Assembly: GCA_002104945.1 (NCBI GenBank)
Contig: MCFH01000009.1
Coordinates: 992,001-1,056,000, forward strand
Source of the DNA: Piromyces finnis finn
Taxonomy: Eukaryota > Fungi > Neocallimastigomycota
Direction of reading: 5' to 3'
DNA: 64,000 nt
A model generated the notes under the pieces. That model was not told the origin of the DNA. It saw only the letters and a list, made by a program, of their open reading frames with translations, and did not search any database. The translations under genes were made by a program, and so were the position numbers. Of this stretch, positions 53,207 through 64,000 are shown one piece after another (position 1 is the stretch's first letter; every line of letters begins with the position of its first letter).

Positions 53207-53972
53207 TTACTTTGAGAATTCTTTAATAAACATTTCAACTAATCCCTTTCTTCTAGCTCCAACAAATTCACCACATTTAACACCGTTTTTATAAAGTTGA
53301 ACGGTTGGAATAGTAGTAATCTAAAATCAATATTATATGCATTTAAATTTAAATTATTATTATACATTGTTTTGATTTCATTTTAGATAATAATTCGATA
53401 ATTTGATAATTTTATTTTACTTTACTTACATCTTGTTCAAGGGCTGTATTTCTACATTCATCAATATTGACCTTAACTAATACATTATTTTCATTTTCAT
53501 CAACAACTTCTTTCATAATTGGAGCAAGCATTTTGCATGGACCACACCAACTATTTTAAATTATATTTTAATTATCTATGAATAATTTATCTTATTTTCT
53601 AAATTATTAAAGCTAAAAAAAAAAAACAAATATTTATTTAATAATTTTATTTAAAATAATGGAAAAGAAAATATTACTTAGCATAAAAATCAACTAAAAC
53701 ATTCTTGTCCTTTGGTCCGCTAATTAATTTTTTAAAAGTATTATCGGTAGCTTCAAAAATTCTTGAAGTAGATTCGAATCTTTTAAAATTTTGAGACACT
53801 TTTTTTTTTTTTTTTTTTGAAAATTAAATTAAAATATAATTAATTTAATTATAGAGTATTTTAATATTAATTACTATTATCAAATCAATTTACAATTTAA
53901 TCTGTTAACAGTTAAAGGAATAACTAATCTTGGAAAAGAAGTTTTTAATGGTGAAGCAATAGTAGCTAACAT
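53207..53972 (-). CDS. TRX: Thioredoxin with an N-terminal organellar (hydrogenosomal/mitochondrial-type) presequence, 4 exons
   Basis: Spliced: MLATIASPLKTSFPRLVIPLTVNRLNLSQNFKRFESTSRIFEATDNTF...VLVDFYANWCGPCKMLAP...VKVNIDE...ITTIPTVQLYKNG...FVGAR. Confidence 0.93.
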
Positions 53973-54299
53973 TTTTAGATTTTAAACTTTAATCAATAAA
54001 GAAAATAAAAGTAAAAACAATGATATATTTGAATTTTTTATTATAATAAAAAGTATTTATTAGACATTCTTATTATCTCATGTGAATTTTATTTTATATA
54101 TAAATATTCCATTTTATATAATAAAGCCACAAATAAATTAATAATTATTAAATTTATCAACCACTTTTTTTAAAAGAAAAAATTGGGATGATATTAATAA
54201 TAGAAACTATAAAAGAATTATATAGAAATAAAATTTCATCAAAGAATAACAATTAATAAAATAATAAAATAATATAAGCATAATACAACATATTTTAAA

Positions 54300-55757
54300 A
54301 TGGGAAAGAGAAAACATTTAAATAGTGAAGATTCATACTCAAGTAATTCGGAAAGTGACAGTTATCATGAAAAAAAATCTAGAAAAAATAAAAAAGACCA
54401 TTTATATGAAGATGCTTTAAATAGTATTCCAAGTAAGTATTAATTGAATGTTTTTTTTTTTAAATAAGTTTTAATATTAACAATGATTTTATAATTATGA
54501 ATGTAACTTTTTATATATTTATTAAATTAAATACTAATTCTTGATTTAATATATGCAAAAGAAATTTCAATAAAGGACTATTATAATAAGGTTATTTTGT
54601 TCTTTTAATTTCTATAATTATATATATGCTAAATAAGATACCTGGTTCATTATTAATATGTATTTTGAACTTTAATTATTATTTTGTTTCTTGCAAATTA
54701 ATAATAAAGAATTGTGAGTTTCAGTATTGGTTAAAAAAGAAATATCATATTTATTTTAGCGATATTCCTACAGAAAAAGGGAAGAAATATTTTAAGAAGG
54801 TTTGAATTTGAATCTTTTATATATATGCTCAATGTATAAATTATTATAATTACATTAAATTTTATTAAATAATTTTTTTTTTTTTTCATTTCATTTTAAA
54901 AAGTTTGTAAAAAAATGGAATAATGTAGAATTACCTCGTATGTGTTTATAATTCATATTCTTATAATATTATTTATTATAATTTTAATTAACAATTTTTA
55001 ATAATAGAAAAATATTATGAAGGAAATATAAAAATAAATAATTCTGAAAGGTCAACATATAAATGGGACATAATAAAAGAAGTATATTATAGTATATATT
55101 ATTAATAATTTTTAATATAAGTAAATAATTATTACATTTTGTTAACTATATAAATATATATTCTCTTATTATTATCGTTATTTTAATTTATTAATAAAAC
55201 TAATAAATAAAAATAAGGATATAAAAGATAATGATAGTGGATTTAAATATATTAAGAATGAGAATAAAGGAAATAAAAATAACTTAATGACACCTGAAGA
55301 TTATGGTATATATATAAGTTTATTTATATTACTTTATAAATATGTTAATATTTTCATAATAGAAATATTTATAGTATTATTTAATTTTTCATTGATAAAG
55401 ACTTATTACAAATAGAAAGAGAAGAAAATAATCGTAATAAGTATATAAAAGAAAGACAAGAAAAGAAAAAATTCCGAAAAGAACAAAAAGAATTATTAGA
55501 TGAATTGATACCAAAACCTACGGGGCGGTAAAGCATATTTAATTTTGAATTTTTTTAAGTAACAAGAATTTTATTGAATAATATAATAAAACATAAATTT
55601 CTTTAAAACTCAATGTTTTTATTAACAACTTTTAAATATAGTGAATTGATGATTGATAAGCGTAAGCAAATCACAGCATTTCATCGAGCTAATGCTGAAA
55701 AAGATTTGGATATAGAATATTCTGATTCAGAATTAATGGGTAGTGATGATATAAAAG

Positions 55758-55801
<44 letters not shown>

Positions 55802-56268
55802 GTTAAAATTTTGTTATAATAAATATAAATATAAAATCTGATTATAACAGTATATTATATATATTAATTATTAAATCGTAATAGAATTCGTCAGAGGGAT
55901 AAAAAGAACCAAAAAAAGGAAGAAATGAAATTAAGAAGAATTGCAGAAATAAATATGAAAGCCGAAGCTTATAGAAGTAAGATTATAAAATTAAACATAT
56001 ATATTTTTTAATTTTAATAACATGAAAATATTAAATTTAAATATTCTAAACTCCAAGAAAAAGAGGAAGAAACTATTAATGTAGAGTATTAATTAATTAT
56101 TATATATATATAATTTTATTTTATTTTACATTTTTTTTATTTTATTACTAATAATAAATATATTAAATAAAAGTTATACAAAAAAATTACTAATTTTGTT
56201 TAATTAATTAATTAATGAAAAAGATGTTAAGGAAGATGGCTGAAGCAAGATTTTCAAATCAAAGCTAA
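54300..56268 (+). CDS. Conserved nuclear-type protein resembling plant Style cell-cycle inhibitor 1 (SCI1) and its fungal homologues, multi-exon
   Basis: EISIKDYYNKNCEFQYWLKKKYHIYFSDIPTEKGKKYFKKFVKKWNNVELP..YYEG and LDELIPKPTGRE...SDSELMGSDD. Family assignment is from recalled motif resemblance. Confidence 0.65.
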
Positions 56269-56609
56269 AATAAATATAGCGTTCCATATAAATAAAAATC
56301 TTTAACAATAAAATAAAAAGCTTATATAAAAAACTATTTGAATAAGTTTATCAATATATATTTTTAAATTCATTTACTTTTAAATAAAAATTTTAAAAAT
56401 TTAAAATTCATGTTATATTAAATTTTTTCATTGCACAATAAATCCTCAAATTAAATATGTGTAATTTTTTTTAAAAAATAACTTTAAACTTTAGTGTTTT
56501 GATATATTAGAATTTTTGTGTATTATTGTTTAATTACAATTAACAAATTTTTATTTTTTAATTAAATCATTTTTATTAAAATCTAATAAAGATAATAAAT
56601 AGTATAAGA

Positions 56610-58628
56610 ATGGACGAACTTAGCAATATTAATGAAGAAGAACTTTCAGAAGAGTTAAAAAACATTATAAGTGTATTACGAAATATTATAATAATTATTA
56701 ATTACAATAAATATTTCAATATCATATTAATTATAAAATTCACATTTTATATTTGTTTTCATATAATAGAGTAGATTTCCATTAGTTAGAACAGAAATTA
56801 ATGTAGGATGGTATATATCAACAAATATACATTATAATTTCATTAAAAAGATATAAATTAATTATTATTATATTATTATATTATTATATATAATGGAAGG
56901 ATTGGAACAGGAAAAATTGGGAATATATTAGCAAGTAATTTAATATCTGGAGGATATGATTCAATGTATGTTTATAATAGAACTGTTAAAAAAACGGAAC
57001 CATTGCAAGAATGGGGAGCAAATTTAGCTGAGGATATTAAGGTAATATATAAATAATATTTTATATTATATCAAAGAAAAAACTTTCTAATTATGAAAAT
57101 TATATGTATTTAGATGATTGCAGATAAAACAAATTTTATATTTATAACAGTTGGAACTACTGCTGAAGGTATGGAATAGTTTTGTGATTAAATTAGTATA
57201 TTATTTATAAGCGTATCATTTAAATATATTTATATAATAAAAATAATTAATTTTATATTTAGTTAGTGATATTTTCTATGGAAAAAAAGGATTATTAGAA
57301 AATTTAAAAGTTGGAACAATTATTGTGTATGTTTTAATATTTAATATCGAATATTTGTTTATATTATTTAATTCCCATTAAAATAGTACAAAATTAATAA
57401 TTTTTATTTCTAACAAATAGTGATATGACTACAGGAAGTCCAACACTTTCAAAAGTATAATAACAAAAACATAATATATATATTTTTTATTTATTTTAAA
57501 ATAATATAATAAAAATTATATATATCATAAATTTATTTATATTATTTAGAAATTAAATCGAGATTGTCTTAATAAGCAGTGTTTTTATTTAGATGCACCA
57601 ATTATAGGAAATGAAGAAACTATAAAAAATAAAAAAGGTTCAATGGTAGTTGGTGGAAACCGTGAAGTATATAAAGGAATGTTACCTATATTTTTTGCTC
57701 TTTGTAATGTATGTGAATGTAATTAGTTGAATTATTAATATTTTATTATAATTGAAAAATCATTAATAAAATTAATTTTAACACAATTAAAATATATGTA
57801 TTATTTTATAGTCAGTTAATTATTGTGGTTTATCAGGCAATGGTCAAAATACAAAATTATCAAATCAAATAATTATATCAATGAATATGGTAATTTTCAC
57901 CAAATAATATATTCATTATAAAATTAAATTGGTCTAGTTCTAAAAAACTAAATACTTTTATATATTAAATAAAATACTTTCAAAAAAAAAAAAAAAAAAG
58001 ATTGGAATAGTGGAATCTTTACTTTATTCATACAAAGCAGGATTAGATATAAATATAACTATTCATTCAGTATGTAGTAATTAAATGTATAATATAAAAC
58101 CTAAATATTAATTATTAAAAATGATATTATATAATACAAAATTCAAAAGTTAGCTGTTGGAACAGCAAGTTCATGGTGTTTTAGTAATTATACTCAAAAA
58201 ATTGAAGAAAGAAATTTTAATGATGGTCTTTATGTTAAATATTTTGTAAATGATTTAGAAACCGTATTAAATGAATCATATAAGTTAGGATTAGCATTGC
58301 CAGGTAAATATTTTGATATTAAATAATAATTATAATAATAATAATTTTTTAAAAAAAAAACGTTCTTTATTAAATAATTATTACAGGGTTATCTTTAGCA
58401 AAACAATTATTTTTGGCTTTAAAAGCACAGGGAAATGAATTGAAAGGTATTAATATAAACTGATATAAATAATTGTATATAATTACTAAATTATTAATAT
58501 AAAAAAAAATATTTTAAATAAATATCAAAGGAATTCATTCATTGATCCTTGCATTAGAATCATTAAATAATACTAGAATTGAAAAAAAAATAGTTTGTAA
58601 AACTGATATTTCATCGGGCATAATGTAA
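56610..58628 (+). CDS. Beta-hydroxyacid dehydrogenase family protein (3-hydroxyisobutyrate dehydrogenase-like / YkwC-like), divergent motifs, ~10 introns
   Basis: VGWIGTGKIG, VYNRT, DMTTGSPTL, LDAPIIG, GLSGNGQNTKLSNQ, GLALPGLSLAKQLFLALKAQG...LALESLNN. Confidence 0.88.
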
Positions 58629-58858
58629 ACATTTATATTTAACGAACAAACAAATAATAAGTAAATAGAAAGAAAATTATTTACATTAAAGTTTTGTTTT
58701 AATAATACCTTAATATTATTATAGAAAATTTTATTTTAAATTTTAAATGTATAAAAAAGATAAATAATAAATAGTACAAATAATAATTCAATAATATTTT
58801 ATAAGTTTAATCGAATATATATATATTTCTTTTTTCTTTCTTTCTTTCTTTCTTTCTT

Positions 58859-58893
<35 letters not shown>

Positions 58894-58912
58894 AAACTTT
58901 CATTTAAAACAT

Positions 58913-60295
58913 TCACTCTTTTTTAATTGGCTTTAAGGCATACATCTTTACAGGATATAAAGAAGATGGGAAATTTTTTTGAGTTGCTTCTTTAACCAAT
59001 TCTAATCCTGATTTTTGAAAAATTTCTTTAAATAAACTGTCTGATCTTGTCATACTACTATCGACATCATCTACATCAAATTCATTTATACAATTGTTTT
59101 CCTTAACAAAAATCATACCTTTATCTTTTAATCCCTTTTTACAACGTTCAAAGAATTGAATTAAATCATCTATATACATAAATAATTATATTTATATATT
59201 AGATAATGTTTTTTTTTTTTTTTTTTTTTTTAATAAATGTTATTATGTATTATGGTATTATATATTATTATCAATAGTATATTTACAATTTTTAAGATGT
59301 CCAAGAACCCACTGACACCAAATAACATCTTAGCATTTGTTTTTTTTTTTTTATTTTTGAGATTATAATATATTTTAAAAATATAGTTCAATATTTAACT
59401 ATTATATATATATATAATTACCATATTTCTTTGGTTCTGGAGTAAAAGTTTGTAATCCTTCACAAATATAACTATTTACACGATTTTCTAATGAACCCAT
59501 ATAGGAATTTTTTGCTTTTTCTAAAAATTTTGGATTCTTTATTATTATAAAGGAAAAATTTAATTTAACTTAAATTCTTTTTTCTTATTTTTTTATTTAT
59601 TAGTAATATATAGTGGTATTGCGAGTGAAGCTTTAAATTACTTGTTCTACAAGATCGACTTTTTCAAATATATCCAACAAAAATACTTTTGAAACTCTGC
59701 CTATACCAGCACCACAATCTTCATTTTTTTTTTTTTTTTTTAAGAAAATATTGAGAAAAACGTTAATTTTGATAAATTACATAAAATATTTAAGGACATT
59801 TCATTAATTTATATATATAGAAAAGGATAATTAATAAAGTATACTTTTTTTTTTTTTTCAATAATGATTATTACTTATAAAATATTTATATCAAGCTATA
59901 AATAATTACCACAAGCTAAATGTGTTTCAAATTGAGGTGGTGATATTAAATGATTATTTGCACCATATTTTCCTTCAACAAATTCTTTAATAAATTTTTT
60001 TGAATCTCTGGAATCAAAAAAACTCAAATTTCCGAATCCACCAAGGACACCATCGTCAGTTGCTAATATAAATAAGTAATTTTATAAAATAAATAAAATT
60101 TAATTTTAAATTTTTAAAATAAAATGACATTTTTATTTTTTTTTTTTTTCCTTTTTAATTTCGGATTCAATAATTGTAAATATATTACATTTTTATTTTA
60201 ATATAATTCATAATGTTACACTATTTATATTATATACCTTCAACCTTATCCCAATAATCAGCAGCATCAGTGTACCATTTATCTTGATTCTCCAT
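58913..60295 (-). CDS. NTMT1: Alpha-N-terminal protein methyltransferase 1 (Tae1/NTM1), multi-exon
   Basis: WYTDAADYWDKV-EATDDGVLGGFG, DCGAGIGRVSK, VDLVEQ, DVIWCQWVLGHL, DDLIQFFERCKKGL...IFVKEN, DSSMTRS, LYPVKMYAL. Confidence 0.95.
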
Positions 60296-60803
60296 TTTTA
60301 TAATATTTATTTTTAATTTTCCCTCCCAGAAAATACTTTATAAATTAAACAAAATTTATGATTGGTATAAAATTATAAATTTTTAATATTCATATTTTAT
60401 AAAATTTATTAAAATATTTATTTATTTATTTATTCCTTTTTTTAAATTTTATTATTATTATTTTATTTCTTTCTTTTTTAACACATTATTGATATTATAA
60501 AATATATATTTTATAGATAAAAGAAAATATATTATTAAATATTTTTATTTTAATATTATTTAGTAAACTTTTTCATTCTATGTTGAAATATGTAGCATAT
60601 ATTAGATTAGATATTTTTAATTAAAAAAAGATATAAAAAAAAAAGGGGGGGGGTATTATGCTTTTTTTTTTTAATTAGCATTTTAAAAGGTATATAATTT
60701 GTTTAATATTAAAATATGATTAAAATAAATAATGGTAAACTTTTATAATAAAATAATTAATTGTAGTTTTAATAATTTTTGCATCTTTTATTCTTTGTAT
60801 CAT

Positions 60804-61290
60804 TCAACTTTAAATTCAGCTATTTTCTCTTTCTTTTCCATTTCCTTTTTATATTCTTTAGTTAAATGAATAATTAAATCTCGTACATCTTCTCTTTTTT
60901 TCTTAATACTTTCTTTTGAAAACCACTCATTATCATCTCTTTTTGAAACCTATTAATTTCATTATAAAGTTTTAATAAAAATTAGTTTAAACATTGATTA
61001 TTCATTTCAATTATATATATTATTAAAATTTTATCATTTAAGTATTTACCAAAACCATATCCATGTATTTATCTGGATCTTGTAAAAATGTTTCAATATA
61101 TTTTATTAAGTATACACCACAATCAAGAGAATTTGATTGTTTTGGCACTTTTGCATATAGGCATCTTATTTTTTTATCAATATCAATATTCTTTTTATGA
61201 GACGCTTCACTTGCTAAATAACTAAATATTGCAAAATTAAATTAATATTATAACAAATTCTAAATATTTTTATTTATCATTTTTCTTTTT

Positions 61291-61321
<31 letters not shown>

Positions 61322-64000
61322 TAACCTGTTGATAATTTTTGCTGCTGTTGGATGTTTACCACTTATAGAATCAAAAATAACAATATAACAACTGAAATTA
61401 ATAAAAAAAAAAAGAAAGAAAGAAAGAAAGAAAAGAGAGAGTTTAGTACAGCTTCTCAAAATTATTAAAAAAAAAAAAAAAATACTTACTTATCTTTTGA
61501 TAGTGCTTTTCTAGGTTTTTCTTTATTAATATTTAAGTTTTCTAATATATTATTAGATTCTTCAATTATTTCAGCTATTTAGTTAAATAAAAATAAATAT
61601 TTTAAAAAAAAATTTTGTATACTTTTAGATAATGGATATTGCATAAGTACAAATATATATAATATATAATTACGATTTATATTGGTTCTAGTAAAGTATC
61701 TATTATTGAAAGTAGTTACTATTGATATGGACCATTTTGATGTTAATTATATTATGATAAATATAAAAGATTAGTATCTTTTTGCCTTTTTGATATTTTA
61801 TCTACCATAAAATAACAATTACAAGAAAAATATTGAACTCAAATAAATTAATTTTAGAATTTAAATATTACCTTTTTTACTTTCTTTGACAGAACTTAGA
61901 TCAATTTGAAGTTTCGGTGAGTTTTTACTTGAACTACTCTCTAAATACTGATTTCTTCTTATTTCTTTCCTTATTAAGGCTTTCTATTTATATTGTTTAA
62001 TTTTTTTTTATAAATTTATAAATTATCAATTAATAAATTATAAATAAAATAAATATCTTAAAATATTATATTTTAATTTATTTAAAATTACAATAAAATT
62101 GATCATTTTTAAGGCTAATTCTTTAGTTATAAAAGTTCTTAATCGTTCTAATGAATTATTACTATATTTAAGGTTAACTTCATTTAAAGCTTCTCTTATA
62201 TGTACAGCATTTTCAAGCAAAATTTTAATATTTGGATTTTCTTTTTGTTCCTCAATAAGATTTATATCATCTAAGTCAATATTATTCTTTGAAATTTTCT
62301 TTTCTTTTAAACCTTTGTTTTCTTCTTTATTTCTATTATTTATTAATATTGCGTTTTTAGATTTTGTTTCATCATTAAACTTTATTTCATACTTATTATC
62401 AGTGTTTCCTTCTTCTAAATCAATATTATCAATTTCTATTTTATTCACATCTTTAGGCATATTATTATTTAAAATTCCACTTTTCTTTGTTGCTATTTTT
62501 TCTTTATTAATTTCCATATTTTTCTCTTCGTTTTTATCTGACTCAATATTTTTGATATTAATAAGATTTAGATCTTTATTATTTACATTGATATCAATTA
62601 TTTCATAAGCATTATTTATTATTTTTTCATTATCTTTGCCAATATCAACCTTATTGCTATTATTATTATTATTAGTAGTAGTAGTGGTGGTGGTGTTGGT
62701 AAGTATATTATTAGCTTTTTTATTATTGTTTGGAGTAAAATCAATAGGAATATCATCCAAAATATATGTAGTTTTACCCTTATTATCGCTATTATTATCA
62801 TTATTTTTAATTTCTACCACCATATCTTCATCTTCATTCATTTTTTCATTACTGTTTTCATGATTATAATCAATGGAATTGTTATTTATTATATTTGCAG
62901 GTGTTTTACTATTATTATAATTATTATCTTGACTAAAATCTATTTTAATTTCATTGTTATTTACAAATGAAACTTTATCTTCAATAATTGACTTAGATAA
63001 ATCAGAAGATTCATATAAATTAGAACTTTGGTTTATTTCTTCATCATTTATCTCTGTATCTCTCTGTACCTCATGGAAATTATCGTACGAATCATTTGAT
63101 ATATCTTTATCAGTATTTATAAACGAAGGAGTACTACAAATAGAAAATTTTACTTCATCTAAATATTTATTTTCGTCATCTTTATTTAAATATGCATTTG
63201 GATTGTAAATCATCATTAAATACCAATGCATAGCTTCATTGATCGGAATGAAAATATACTTTTTATCAAAAATATCAACTTTAGATGTCCATTTCTTAAC
63301 ACTCTCATACATTTTATTAGGCTTTAATGATCTTCTACTGTAAAGTTGCTCAAAAAAAAAAGTATTGAAGAAATGTATATCGGATTTTTGTTCTTCTGTT
63401 AATATTACATTTTCTAACCACTTTATACAAAATTCAATTAAATTATCATTAAACATTTTCCCGCTTATTAATCTTTTTTCATCCTCTGTTGTTACTACCA
63501 CTGAATTAATTCCTTTAAATGGGAAAACAAATAAATCTTTTATTTCATCCATTTTCTTCTTTCGAAGAAATAATGAAAATTCAAAACTAAAATCATTTGA
63601 TGGAATACAATTTTGTTTTATAGATTTAGCTAAAATCTCATTCTTATTTCTTACTATTCTAATCAAAATTTTGATTATTTCGTTTTTATAAGGAACCTTT
63701 TTAGCAAATTTTCTTGCTAAAACAGAGCCATAAGAGTTAATAAAATTTTTTAAACTGGATAAATGAAAATCTTTAGCTCTGTCATTGAATACATATAAGC
63801 CATCAAAAAGGTCATTAATAATTAATTCAGTGTATTCATGTAAATGCATTAGAATTTTCTCTGTTAAATAAATCATATTTTGTCTAGGTTTTTTAGTTTT
63901 TAAAATAGTACTAACAATAAATTGTTCATTCGATTTTGAGTTCATTTTATCAACACCTCGTTCTAAAGAAGATGCTTTATGAAATTTTTCACTAAATGAA
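60804..64000 (-). CDS. ULP2: Ulp2/SENP6-7-type SUMO isopeptidase (C48), 5' end outside the window, multi-exon
   Basis: [63 protein letters not shown]. The frame stays open to 64000. Stop TGA at 60804-60806. Confidence 0.9.

Noticed and set aside
61400-63230. Large low-complexity insertion splitting the ULP2 catalytic domain
   Set aside because: This is a known property of Ulp2/SENP6/SENP7-type proteases.

Overview
A very AT-rich, intron-dense eukaryotic window, most likely from an anaerobic gut fungus (Neocallimastigomycota). This is inferred from CBM10/dockerin-like modules, a flagellar IFT46 gene, a hydrogenosome-type presequence and extreme AT bias. It holds about 15 spliced protein-coding genes: POLK (5'-truncated), a LIM-like/SAM-like protein, SPT6, RPS12, CLPTM1, HEATR6, GTP cyclohydrolase I, ANKRD13-like, a secreted double-CBM10/dockerin protein with a GPI-type tail, PARP, IFT46, thioredoxin, SCI1-like, a beta-hydroxyacid dehydrogenase homologue, NTMT1 and ULP2 (5'-truncated). 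The accessory core (36.8-44.6 kb) is the most interesting part. A 5.5-kb intact single-ORF non-LTR retrotransposon (38373-43876) has inserted into an older, internally deleted copy of its own family, shown by an exact 11-bp target-site duplication (TTCTCAGTCAG). Its first ~160 nt form five near-abutting hairpins, and its ORF carries an RRM-like domain ahead of APE-RT-CCHC. Immediately upstream is a non-catalytic, probably GPI-anchored two-CBM10/dockerin protein that could be a cell-surface tether for cellulose or the cellulosome. All exon boundaries, alignments and RNA stems were read by eye; no searches or folding programs were run.
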